DNA of 64,000 bases, from positions 8,703,084 to 8,767,083 of the forward strand of contig MU054212.1 of NCBI GenBank assembly GCA_013239625.1, read 5' to 3'. The DNA is from Lama guanicoe (lineage: Eukaryota). Under the pieces are notes generated by a model. That model worked only from the letters and a program-made list of their open reading frames with translations, ran no database searches and was not told the DNA's origin. Numbering within the stretch: the stretch's first letter is position 1; each line of letters starts with the position of its first letter. This document shows positions 12,501-24,520 of this stretch, piece by piece. The translations under genes and the position numbers were made by a program.

Positions 12501-12962
12501 AGTTGGAACATTTAGTCACTTCTACATTCAAGTCCTAACTATACCATAATAAAGTCTCAACCAACTCCTGATTAGTTCTTACCCTTTAGGAATTACATAC
12601 TATACAGTGATTAGATACCGAAGAAAATAAAGAAAAACATTTGAAAATACATGAAGAAATAGAAACATGGACTTTCTCATAAGGCCCTGGATCAAAAAAA
12701 TTTACAAAAAGAGTTTTTGAAAATAATCACTATTTGTGAGCTTATTAATACACAGAGACCATCACTTTGTTTAAACTAAGTCATGTTAACTTACCAATAA
12801 AATAGTAAACAAACCAACATTTTAAACATTTTTATAAATTACTTGTCGTTTCTTTTGTGAACGTCACTCTCTCCACAATATACAAAAATAACGCTACAGG
12901 ACTATCCACCTAACCTGTCTCCATCTTTTGCAAAGTCCTGGGCCCTGGAAAGAGCCTGGTCA
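9590..12962 (-). other. RPRD1A: RPRD1A 3'UTR (~3.4 kb); further AATAAA at 10768-10773 and 11662-11667
   Basis: Follows the stop codon, has no recognisable interspersed repeats, is AU-rich and ends at a poly(A) signal. Confidence 0.7.
9607..9612 (-). terminator. RPRD1A: Distal poly(A) signal of the contiguous RPRD1A 3'UTR
   Basis: AATAAA on the minus strand, followed by U/GU-rich sequence (cgttctttttgagatgtgtagatcatttttgtg). It marks the boundary between the repeat-free UTR and repeat-rich DNA. Confidence 0.7.
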
Positions 12963-13112
12963 TCAATCTTCACTGTAGATGTCCCCCGCAAAGGGCAGAT
13001 GCATGTGGCTGCCAGTGACATTGGGCAATCGAGATAAGTCTGGCAGGCTCTGGATCCGGGACCTGAGTTCTTTGCGCACCAAGGAAACTCTGGCTAACTT
13101 GCGCTTGTATTC
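12963..13112 (-). CDS. RPRD1A: RPRD1A exon 7 coding part (EYKRKLARVSLVRKELRSRIQSLPDLSRLPNVTGSHMHLPFAGDIYSED*)
   Basis: Acceptor tgttacag at 13113; phase 0; 150 nt ending in TGA (12963-12965), followed by a second in-frame TGA. Matches the RPRD1A C-terminus. Confidence 0.96.
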   Translation of the reverse strand, partial: EYKRKLARVSLVRKELRSRIQSLPDLSRLPNVTGSHMHLPFAGDIYSED

Positions 13113-13816
13113 CTGTAACATTAAACCGTTCTCATTAGCATTATGAGAGTTCAGAGAAGAGCCATCTAGCTAATGCTCTGCATAAAGTCGGGTAAAGCAC
13201 TCACTTAATGCTGAATAAAAAGATTACCATGTGAGCTTTAGGATCAAAAGAGGGATTTGGGAAATAAACTAGTTATTATTATTATGAAAAACCATAATCT
13301 TAAGCTGTCGTTTCACACCTGTAAAAAGAAAACTGACATATTAATATATTTAACCTCAGAATATCAGATTTTCAGATGTTCTTGAGCTTGGATAAGAAAA
13401 ATTATGTATTTATTTTCACAAACTTAAACTGAAATATAGCACTGTTTTCATTTGCGATAACAAACCACAGGTGTATTATCAGTACCTCTGAGTCTGTCTC
13501 TAGTGGAAACCAGTTTCTTCAATATTACATTAGTTTTCAACATCAATCTTGAAATACTGTTTACATTTATCACGACTGAAATTATTAGATCGACAGGTAG
13601 AAATACTTCAATGTGTCAGTAACGAAGCACATACTGTACAATTTTATTTCAGTAACTGCCTTAGTTTATATTTTTATCATGCTCAATTTTTAACACTTTC
13701 ATTCACCATTTTCTTTTTCTGTGAATTGTGTGTTCTCATTTTTCTGCTGTAATCTGAGTGGTTTTCCTTGTGGATCAACATACGCCCTTTGCACATATTT
13801 ACACTCTTGCTGTCTG

Positions 13817-13916
13817 TTTTTTTTTTTTTTTTTTAACGGAGTAGCTTGGGATTGAAGCTAAAGCCTTGTGCATGCTAAGCATGTGCTCTACCACTGAGCT
13901 ACACCCTCCCTCCCCC
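13817..13916 (-). mobile_element. vic-1-like tRNA-derived SINE (short form)
   Basis: Minus strand GGGAGGGTGTAGCTCAGTGGTAGAGCACATGCTTAGCATGCACAAGG...TTCAATCCC followed by poly(A). Confidence 0.85.
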
Positions 13917-14377
13917 TTCAATAACTGGACTTCAATATAATTTGTTTCCAATTGTAATGCCGTGCATTTTATTTTCTACATTTAAAATCTTTAACTTGAG
14001 AAGGGGTCCAAGGCATCACTGGATCATCAAAGGATTACAATAGCATTAAAAAAAGTTAGGAAACTGCAAACAGAGCCCAACGAGTCAGAGACTGGAAGCT
14101 AACCAAGATCATGTTTGGCTTAGGGGGCAACAGCCCATTCTCTGTAGTGGAAACATCTTTTAATTGAAGTTTCCAGACTTCAACAAGGGGGTAAAAATCT
14201 TCTATACTCTATCACCTAGTACAGGTGGGACATGAAGAGGAGAGTCTTGAAAATGGGTATAATTCCCTCCAGAAAGATGAAAACCTTTTCAGTCCCTCTG
14301 ACCAAGGCTGATGTCACGAACAAGACAGAGCAGGTGAGTGACAAGCTGTCATCTGGGGTAGCAGGGATCCACAGAGC

Positions 14378-14575
14378 CCTTCTCTAGGTCTCGACTCTGA
14401 CAGCACATCAGGATCACCTAGGACATTTTTCAAGAAACTCAGATTTTTCAGGAGAACTCCATTTCCCCCTACATATCAATTAAATGAGAATCTCTGGAAG
14501 GCGGGTCCAGAGCTCTTGAATTGTTAAAAGCTCCCAAAAGGATGCAATACTCAGCCAAATTGTAAGCCACTTCTC
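14378..14575. mobile_element. MER5-like MITE with a small internal duplication
   Basis: cacatcaggatcacctagg...gagaatctctgg...ttaaaagctccc...gccacttctcta. Confidence 0.5.
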
Positions 14576-15339
14576 TACAGTTTCTCTGCCTAAAATGAAA
14601 TCAGTGAAATGTCTTTGTATTACTGAGCCTCTTCTTTTAAAAAATAACTTACACCTGGGGAAAGGAGTTCGTCAGAATTACAAACTGCTCTAGGAAGGCG
14701 AGAGAGGAGGAGGATTCTGAAGCAGGGGAACTGGGCACAGTGGCAGACAAAGCAGGCAAGGTTGAAAGCTGGACATGTTCTAGGATAGATTTGGGCCATG
14801 TCTGCCTGTCCCTGCATTTCTAACCTATAACCTACCATGAGGATCAGGATTGAGTAAAAGAGAGTTTAATCAGGATCTATAACCTTAAGGTATGACTTTT
14901 CGCTTCCCTCTTCCCCTTCGCCAGTGATATACGCGGGAATACCAGGTATGTTTCAGCATAGCAGCTCAGGGCGGTACACAAAAGGGAGCAGCAGGGTACT
15001 CCATTCTAGATGCGTACTTTTCAGCAGGATGTTTCTTCCTCAGAACACGCTGGTAGGGGGGCAAACACGTATCTCCATCTGTCCACTGTTCTTACTAATT
15101 CATTCTTCAGTAAATAATACCGAATGCACTCTGGACTCAGCATGATCTATATTCAGATGTTGTTCAAACATGCTCAACATTCCTCTCTGCTCCTCTCAAG
15201 GCTAGATGTTCTGAGAAATGTTTTATGTGCCTTAAGTGATCATTACTAACTTCTAGTGCCCACCCTAACTTCTAGTTTTTAGCATCCAGACAGGCTGTTA
15301 TTGAAATACTAAGATTTATCTAAATCCTTTGATTCAAAT

Positions 15340-16240
15340 GATTCAGCCATGAGAAAGAAGGAAATTCTGTCATTTGCACTAAACTGGAACAACCTAGAGG
15401 ACATTATGCTAAATGAAATTAGCCACACAGAAAGACAAATCCTATACTGCTTTAACTGCAAAGGTACCTAGTATGACTATTCTGTGGGTTTAGAAATTAA
15501 AATTCTTTTGATGCAAACTAAAAGCCATAATGAGATACCACTTCACACCCACTAGGATGGCTATAATCCAAAAAGACAGACAATAACAAGTGCTGACAAG
15601 AATGTGGATGAACTGGAACTCATACAATGCTGGTGGAAATTTAAAATGGTGCAGCCAATGTGGGGAACAGCTGGGCAGTTCCTCAAAAAGTCATGCAGAG
15701 TTAAAATATAACCCAGCAATTCTACTCCTAGGAAAATACAAAAGGAATGAAAATGTATGGCCACAAACAAAATCATACATGAATGTTCACAGCAATATAA
15801 TTTATAACAGCCAAAAAGCAGGAAAAAAAATCCATGTATCTATCAACTGATGAATATAGAAACAAAATGTGGTATATTCCTACAATGTAATATTATCTGG
15901 CCATAAAAAGAAACAAAGAACTAACGTATGATACAACATGGAAGACCCCTGAAAACATTATGGTAAACAAAAGATGCCCATCAAATAGACTATATCCTGT
16001 ATGGTTCCATTTACATGAAATGTCCAGAATAGGCAAATTGATAAGAGACAGAAATGAGGTTTGTGGTTGCTTGGGACTGGGGGAAGTGGAAATGGATAAG
16101 GTTTCCTTTAGGGTAGATAAAAATGTTCTAAAATTATAGACTGTAGCAATGGTTACAAAATCATATGAATATACTAAAGAAGTGTATACTGTAACTAAAT
16201 AAGTTGCATGGTATGCGAATTTATCTCAATAAAACTGTTA
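15340..16240 (+). mobile_element. L1M 3' fragments (ORF2 end and 3'UTR)
   Basis: ataatgagataccacttcacacccactaggatggctataatc and aacccagcaattctactcctagg; ends tatctcaataaaactgtt. Confidence 0.88.
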
Positions 16241-16769
16241 GAGAGAGGGAAAAAGGTTTGGTGAGTTAGTCTGAGAAACTAAGTATCAGTTAAGTAATAG
16301 CACTGTTTTCAGTGGGAAAATGGATTCCAAGTTTTGCTACTTTACTAAGAAGTTCACTTTCAAAATACAAGTCACAGGATAAAGGAAAAGGTGAGCTGGT
16401 CATTCCGGCTGCAGCAGATACCAAGTTCATACAATATAAATACTCTCCACTATTCTAAACTGAATTCAGAAAGACCAATTTGATATCTGTCGATGCAAAT
16501 ATTATAGCCCCAGTGATCAACATGAGTAATGGTCAAGAGGGTCAGAAGCAAGTACACAGAAAATAAAGACACTGTCTATAATAACTGCTTTCAATACATC
16601 ACCTGTATGCAACATGTTAACACCTACTAATTTACATACCAACATTTAGATGACAGTCTTCTGACATGAGATTCTAGCTTTTCTGTATTACCTGCGTTTT
16701 TTCAAACAAATGTACTGTTGTCCGTTATTTGAGATTCAAAGGTCTCAGCTAATCTACTTCACACTTCAG

Positions 16770-17555
16770 AGTAGCAAGCATTTCTTGAGCATTTACTACA
16801 GTACACACCAGTCCCTGTGCTGGGAACACAAAGGTGAACCACAGTCCCTACCTGGAAGAGCACACAGCTTAACAGTCAAGCAAACAAGCAATTACAACAA
16901 CGTAGGATGTGCTCCACCAGGGGTGAAACCGCTTTCTAAGACTCCCAGACACTGAAGCGTGGAGGACACTTCCCCGCTGAGGAATTCAGGGAAGGTTTTC
17001 AGAAGTGAGGAGAGGTGAGAGAACACAACAGAACCTGGGGACAGCAAGATGAACATAAAGGGCATGGTCTGTGCTGGGCAATTCACAGTTAGCACAGTGC
17101 ATGGTGCAAAGTGAAGAACGTGATTCCCTTACCAAATACAGTCACTTTTAAGTTGTCAGAGGATGAATCTGGATTCAGTACAGAAGAGAGTGATTCTAAG
17201 GAGGAAACCCAGCCAGCAGTTAACTGCAGCTGTCAAGGAGGGGACTAGGGTCGGAACCAAGGCACCAGTGCTGCACAAGCTGCACTGTGTGTATGCAACA
17301 CATCAATTTAAAAGACCAAGGCTATGTCTCAACAGAAAAATCAGCACGACTTGGTTATAGTTCAATGTGAAGAATGATGAGGTTTCAGGCTTGCTGAGGG
17401 GCTGGATGGAAGCAAAGCCAAGAGTAGAAACTCCTCGGTGAAGGACAGGCAGTTCACTTTTCAGCGTAAGTGTGAGTTATCCTGGGGACTTCTGGTAGTA
17501 GGCACTTGGAAATGTGGTTCTAGCATTCTGAGCTGGAAATAAAGATTTGGGATTT
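16770..17555 (-). mobile_element. L2 LINE fragment
   Basis: Reverse L2 3' end (caagcatttcttgagcatttactac...ctgtgctgggaacacaaag) followed by a purine-rich L2 body. Confidence 0.6.
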
Positions 17556-17739
17556 TTCATCCTCAAAAAAAGTCTAATGGACAAATTATTTTCCTAGATT
17601 ATCCAAGCCATTTGGCATAGTTTCTTAACCTAATCATCACAAAAATCTTGAAACACAGGTTTCACTATCCATGTTTTACAGATGAGAAAACTAAGATTTT
17701 AAAAACTGGCTATAAAGTGCTCAAGATTTATAAATGCCA

Positions 17740-17926
17740 TACTAACCACTATGTACAGAACAGAGAAACAGCAAGGACCTACTGCACAGCACAGGGAACT
17801 ATATTCAATAAATTGAAATAACTATAATAAAAAATATGAGAAAGTATTTATGTATAACCGAATTACTATGCTTTACTCCAAAAACCAATGCAACATTGTA
17901 AATCAACTATACCTCAAGAAAAAGAA
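17740..17926 (+). mobile_element. 5'-truncated artiodactyl-type L1 3' end with 17-bp TSD
   Basis: caaggacctactgcacagcacagggaactatattcaata...acattgtaaatcaactatac plus an A-rich tail; AAGATTTATAAATGCCA at 17723-17739 and 17927-17943. Confidence 0.88.
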
Positions 17927-18273
17927 AAGATTTATAAATGCCAGACAACACATACACATTTCATTTCATACCATTCATCAAAATTAATGAATAAACGAGG
18001 AGATCTTAATTATTCTTGGTCAAATGATACAACATTCACCATTCAAAAAAGATGATAAAGCCAAAAACTATTCAAGATGTTTTGCAGAACATCATTTTAT
18101 TAAATTATCCACAGAAAAGTTTTACCTTGTACTGAGAAATACTTTAGTGTAAATGAATGTCATTTACTCTAAATGTTTGTTAAGAATATTACAGAACTAT
18201 CTGTAATTTAAGATTTTAAAAATATATGAATATTAAAGCAATGTATTATTTTTTAATATAGGGAATTCTGTGG

Positions 18274-18412
18274 GTTTCTTTTTTTTTTTTTTGGTGGGGG
18301 GGGGTAATTAGGTTTACTTATTTTTTTGTTTAGAGGAGGTACTAGGAATTGAACCCAGGACCTTGTGGATGCTAAGCAAGCACCCTACCACTTGAGCTAT
18401 ACCCTCCCCCCT
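18274..18412 (-). mobile_element. vic-1-like SINE with 13-bp TSD
   Basis: A and B boxes, AAACCTAATTACCCCCC tail and poly(A); GGGAATTCTGTGG at 18261-18273 and 18413-18425. Confidence 0.9.
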
Positions 18413-21400
18413 GGGAATTCTGTGGTATTTAGCCTGATCTGAACACAACATTTTCTTGAAGTCAGAATGATACAAATTTCTATTTAGAATCCTTTGTTCA
18501 AATTATTCCTCTTTCGGGATCTTCATCAAATTTCTGTCCATCCTCAAAGTGCCAGCTTAAATCCCAAGTCTCCATTAAACCTTCTCTGATTACTCCCCTC
18601 ACGTCTGAACTTTCATTACTACTTGGTGACCATTCAACAATGTGCTGCTTTGACATCCTACTGACTATTCACACACTACACATATGGGACACACACACAG
18701 AAAAGTTAATGAATAATGAAAAATGCCAAAAAATAATGGAAAAAATTCTAATCATCTAAATGAAATGGTTCAGCCATATCCTTTCAAAAATAATTTTTGG
18801 ATGTAAATAAAGTGAAGAATTTAGCTGAGAGTCTTTCCTACTAGGAACAAATAAGATACTTAAACTTAACCAGAGAAGCAACTTTGCATCTTTTCCCTCT
18901 AAAATTCTGTTCTCCTTCCCATAGTATCTACCTTTGTTTTGCCAATAACTATTTTCTAAATAAGACATATGTCCGTAACTGTTAAGTATATACTTCAATT
19001 AGCATGTTTGTATCCATTTGTGTAACCAGCATCTAAGATCAAAATAATAGGCTTTTTCAGAACCTCAGGCTTCTTTATACCACCTCTCCCAACTTTTAAT
19101 CACTACTTCCCAAGCTTCAGTTAGCTAACTGCCACCCTTCATGTCGCCTATCCTATTTATTTCATGTGTTTATTTAAATCAACTCACTTCTTAACAGTTT
19201 CATTCTAAGAAATAACATCCATACAATCAGTTTGTTGTGCTAGTTTTTGTATCAGATTTGGACTTGACTCACATTAAAATAAACACAGCTATTAGAATAA
19301 ATATTCTCAGGCAGCACCGTGGCCCGGCTGCCTCTCAACCAAGGCTTTGCCTCATTTCCTGTCAACTGTTTGCAGGAATCACTTTACTTCTCCCTCACTA
19401 TTCCCCTCATTCAACAAGGCCTGTATTTTTGTTCTTAATTTACTTGCTGGTGTCACCACTAACACTGCCGTAAAGCCTGCAACCCTCAAGTCTAGCTTTT
19501 TTTAAGTCCCAGCTTCACGCCAAGGCTTACTTCCACTGGTCATACCCAAGCCTCTCCACTCTGCAATTGTGAATTTTACCCATTACCATCCAGGTGAATT
19601 TTCACTTTTATCTAGAGACCCTTTCCCAGTTCCTGCCTGCCATCCTCACTCCTGGCTCCCAGCTGAAACTACCTCTGTACTACTTAGACACATACATGGA
19701 TCTGTCTCCATCCCAAGGGCAGGCACCTTTTTATACTGCCATAAATTCTTCAGTATTAATGAATTAGGAGGTGTGATCTATCTTGTGTGTAGTAGAAGTG
19801 GGCTAGAGTTAGGCTGAAATCTGAACTACCACTACAAATGCTTTTCTTTACAGCTAATATTGAGTATATACATTGCGTCCAAATCGTCTCCATTTCACAA
19901 GTCATATTTTAAGACCAAACATGGCCACACTTTCCCACTTTAGTCTCACACTAACTTCCTATGATCTGTTACTATTTATTTCTGAACTTAAATACTGCTA
20001 TACTGTTTTCTAGTTTTTGTATATATTAATTAGAGGGAAACACACTTTGTATCCATATTCCTTAAGTGTCCAGCAAAGCACTGGGTATGAACAGGTCCCC
20101 AATCAATTCTCCTGGGCATGGAGTCAGATTTGGCTGCAAGTACTGCCTCAGTTTACCTCCTTTGATCTTAGGCAAGGGGGCCTTAAGTCTTAGCCTTGGC
20201 TGCTTCCTTTATAAAACACGAGTTATCTATTTCATTGGGCTGTGAGGCTTAAATAAGCTACTGAAAAAGTCTTCAAATTATGAAGTGCCATATAACTGTG
20301 GTCATCATTCCGGGATGGTATCAGAACCATCTTGCACTAACAGCCAAGAGGATAAATTTTCTGAAATTTGCAGTTCTTATTCATTTTAGGGCTGACCCAG
20401 ATACAGTTGTTCTAAAATTCCAGTTGCTTAAAATAGATGTCTTAACAATTTCTCAGTTTAAACATACACAAGGGCTGCCTTTTTTTTGTTGTTGTTGTTG
20501 CAGATGCTACTAATAATTCTGCTCTCCTCTTTCCTACGTGACTGTGACTTTCATAAAAACAGCTGGAGAATTTCAACTGCATCCACATGCAGAGCTTCAG
20601 TGATCTAAAGCTGTGGTCAACAATTTCAAACATCACGCCTACCATGTTACAGGCCCTTGATTCCTACCCACTTTCCGAGAGACAGCTGCTGTAGCAGGAA
20701 AGGGAACGTGTCAAGCTAGGAAGCCCAACCCTGATTCTAGTGAGCAAGCTGTTTGAGAGTACTCCAGATTTCAGAATGCTCTGAAAACAAGGCTTTGATA
20801 AGTCATTCTCTCTCCTTCTCGCGAAATCAATCTCTAGGGTCCCTTTCAAGTGTAACAATTATGACTGGGCTGGACAACATCCAGTTTCAAAAGATGTACT
20901 AGGGTATTTTTTTCAGCAAAGAAAACATGGACATAATAGCATGATGGTTTAAGACTTTCCCCACAATAGTATTTCTTAAAGATGCAGACATCTTAAAGAT
21001 GTAGTATTTCCATATATCTTATTTCCATAGGATTCCATATGGTGTGTCAATGCAAACACCTGAGCAATTTAATTTCTTCCTTTATATTCCAATGTATGTA
21101 TCCTTAGTCTGAAAGATGACTCAGTCCTGGTTACTTAAAATTAACCTTTGAGATCATTATCATCAGTCTTCACTGTAACTAAATATTTGAGAATAAAATA
21201 AGTGGGTTCTGGGGTCACAGAAGAACAAATCAATATTGAAGGTAAAGCTAGTTATCTTCATCAAGAGTATCAAGACCTTCAGAACACATTATAGAACCCC
21301 TTAGATTGATGGTAATCTTCCCAATTCTGGTTCCTTTTATTTGTTCTCCCGCAGACCCCTAACAGTCTTGTTCTTTCATATGTATTTATGTCCTCTGCCT

Positions 21401-22304
21401 TTCTTAAGATGCAAACACACAAGTCTTTCTTAAGTGACTTTCTTCAATATAACTATTTAGCTTTGATTCTCATTTTTCAGGATCCATCATAATTTACTTC
21501 ATTTTGCTTACTCTGGGACTGGGGCTCTTTATGAGGATAGGAAAAGTTAATTGAAATATCAATCAAGATTTTTAAAATACCACTTTTTTTTTAAACAAGG
21601 CCAAGAAATTCCATCATGTCAGGGACTTTATGAGACTGTGAAGATTAGTCAAGTCTGTTGCCATCTCCCGGACACAGTGCCAAGCAGGTAAAGACCTCAG
21701 TAGTTTGCCCTAACTTGCCTTCTAGAAAACAAATAGCCAAACAAGCTTAGCTTGGGATCTAATCCTGCAACTGATGATTTAAAAAAAATTATATATGTAA
21801 TTAAAATATTTTTTAAAATATCCAGTACTTCCTCATTATCCTACACCTCTCTGATGGAGCCATTTTTCCTTGACTGTCTGCAGAAAAGTTTTACCTTGTA
21901 CTGGGAAATACTTTAGTGTAAATGAATGTCATCTAACACATACTGTCTTAGATCTTTTAGTTTCTTTTAGGACTTACTATCATTCTCCTAAATAAGCTAA
22001 GTATTCTACAAGCAGGTTTTACTTATAAAAGGTCCTTGAAGTAAGTAATTTCCAGCTGTTAATAAGTTATAATTCTATTATTACAAAAGCTAACTAGCCT
22101 TCTGGAATAACGAGTGGAAAAAAGATTTAACATTTTCTCAGGGACTAAGTTTTCTGCAAGGAACTCAATGCCTATCTGGCTTTATCAACTGAGTTTTTAA
22201 AAACCATCAATAATGTTAAGTTGTAATGAGGGTAGATACTGTTACAAATAAGCTGTATACATTTCTAGATGTCAGCATGACCCTAATCAAAATTTTGATG
22301 TGCT

Positions 22305-22522
22305 TATTACTAGTAATAAATGCTAAACACTGTTCTAAGTGGCTCATTTAATCTTCATAGGTACAGACATCATTATCCATGCATTACAGATGATACAAAA
22401 GCACAATTAACCACTAATTAAGAAACTTTCCCTAAAGTCAACAGATGGTTGCAAAAAATGCTTCAAACCTAGACAGGCTGGCTCCAGAATCCTCATGCTT
22501 AACCGTTATGCTATCCTGCCTC
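22305..22522 (-). mobile_element. MIR SINE
   Basis: cactgttctaagtg...catttaatcttcata...ttacagatga...ggctggctccaga...gcttaaccgttatgcta. Confidence 0.65.
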
Positions 22523-23584
22523 TCATATCGTGCAACTGTTACTGGGAATGGTATTCTAAAGATGTTATGCAGCTGAAATCTACCTTACATCAAATACAGA
22601 ATCACCACTGTGATTGGACTAACAATCAACTTCCTAAAACTCAAAATCCAACATGTTAAGGAAACAAACTATGCCTTGTGTTAGGTAGTCTAATTCTGCC
22701 ATTAAATGACCTCTGGAATCCCCAGCAGTGGAGAGGGGTTGTCATTTCCTTGTGAATAACAGCAATGTGGGCCTTGGGGCTATTTTTTTTTTTTAAACAA
22801 AATAGGGACCAATAATAGTAATAGCAGCAACACAGAGAAGACAAAGGGAAAAGAAACAAGGCAAGGAGCTACCCCAATCAGGAATGATGAGCAAAACTCC
22901 AGGAAAGCTGACCTATTACTAAAGACCAGTTTTGACCTTGGAGGGGGTGGTGAGAGCTAGGAGCTGACAGGCAGCATGTAACAGGCTATTTCTCTGTAAG
23001 CAACTTCAAAATTGAGTGGGAAGAAGGAGTTTAACAAAATGAGATCCAACAAATTAATTTTTCTACTTGTACTGATAATTAAATTAGGAAGTCGACTTAA
23101 TTGTGCTACCTTTAAATTTTCATTTTGTGTGACCCTTTAACCTTAAATTACTTTCATTTTCTGTGTGAACTTTCACCCTCACTCCCTTTAGTATGTATTA
23201 TCCAGTTACTAGAGAATCTCACTGTCTCCAGGTCCTGGAGGTCAGCTAACCTGGTATGGGTGTCCCATGGAACAATGTTCCACAGCCCTTTAACAGGCAG
23301 GCCATAAATCAGAGGTTCTAGGCTGTTTGGGAGCCATAACAGTTTCTTTGCTACGTCCCTGTTCCAATCTCCAACATGCTCCTGCACAGAGAGAAGCTCC
23401 AAGAGGGGAATCTGGTTCTAACATTCCTCAGAAACACTGAAATACGTTTCTGCTGAATACATACAGAGCTAGCAGTTTACATATTCAGTGAGGCAAACAT
23501 TAGACCCAACTTTTCTCTTGACCTTGTCATTTCAACCTCTTCTTGACCACCTGCAGCAACAGCAAACGCTGCTTAACTTGTCCT

Positions 23585-24520
23585 TCACTTTTAACGAATA
23601 ACTTCACTGGGTATAGAACTCTGGGTTGGTAGCGTTTTTCCTCCAACACTTCTCACCCCACTCCCTTCTTGTCTGTGTGGTTCTGCCCAGAAGTCCACTG
23701 CAATTCTTAGTCTACAGGTAAGATGTTTTTCCACTCTGGCTTCTTCTAAGGCTCTCTGTCTTTCATTTTCTGCAGGATGAGTATGACATGCCTAAGTGCA
23801 GACTGTAGATTTCTTGATATCCTGCTTGGTGTTTGTTCTGAGTTTCTGGATGAGTGATTTGAAGTCTGTCATTAACTTTGGAATTTCTTGGCCATTATTT
23901 CAAATATTTCTTCTGCTTCATTTGTTCTCCTTCTGGAAGCACATGTATGTTATGCTTTTCCAAATTGCCCCACAATTCTCACGCTCTGTGTTTAGGGTTT
24001 GTTTTGGCTTTTTGGGGGAGGAGGGGTTATTGCTTGTTGTTCACTTTCTTTTTGCATGTCAGTATGGGAAGTTTCTACTGACCTATTACCAAGCTCACTG
24101 ATTTTTTCTTCAGCAGTACCCAGTCTCTTGAGGTGATCCTCAAAGGCCCTCTTCACTTGTCAGTGTTTATTTCTAGCATTTAAAATTTGCTTTGGATTCC
24201 TTCTTAAGCATTTCCACCTCTCTACCTAAATCTAGTCTTGCATAGTTGTCTACGTCTCCATTAGAGCTGTTAACATATTAATCAGCTATTTTAAATTCCT
24301 GGTCTGATAATTCAAATTTTGTGTCATACAAGAATCTGTTTCTGATCCTTGTTTTGTCTCTTTAGACTGTTTCTTGCCTTTGGGTATGCCTTATAATTTT
24401 TTTAAAAGCTGAACATGATTATCAGGCAATAAAAACAGGTAAACGATCTTTATTGTGAGATTTTATGTTATCTGGCCAGGAGCTGGGCTGTATTTAAGGC
24501 CTGCTGTAGATACAGATAGC
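23585..24520 (-). mobile_element. Old L1M 5'/ORF1 region
   Basis: ttcactgggtatagaactctgggttgg and tttggaatttcttggccattatttcaaatattt motifs, typical of antisense L1 ORF1. Confidence 0.75.

Noticed and set aside
11070..12585. Other GTAAG donor-like motifs in the 3'UTR (about 11071, 11166 and 12578)
   Set aside because: Such motifs are frequent by chance and lack supporting context. This also tempers confidence in the motif-only exon candidates listed under findings.
18330..18412. tRNA genes at the SINE heads
   Set aside because: The A/B boxes are followed by SINE tails, poly(A) and TSDs; these are retroposons, not tRNA genes.
18112..21935. CRISPR-like or LTR interpretation of the 55-bp direct repeats
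   Set aside because: Only two copies 3.8 kb apart in mammalian DNA, with no spacer array, no TG...CA ends, no primer-binding site and no retroviral interior.
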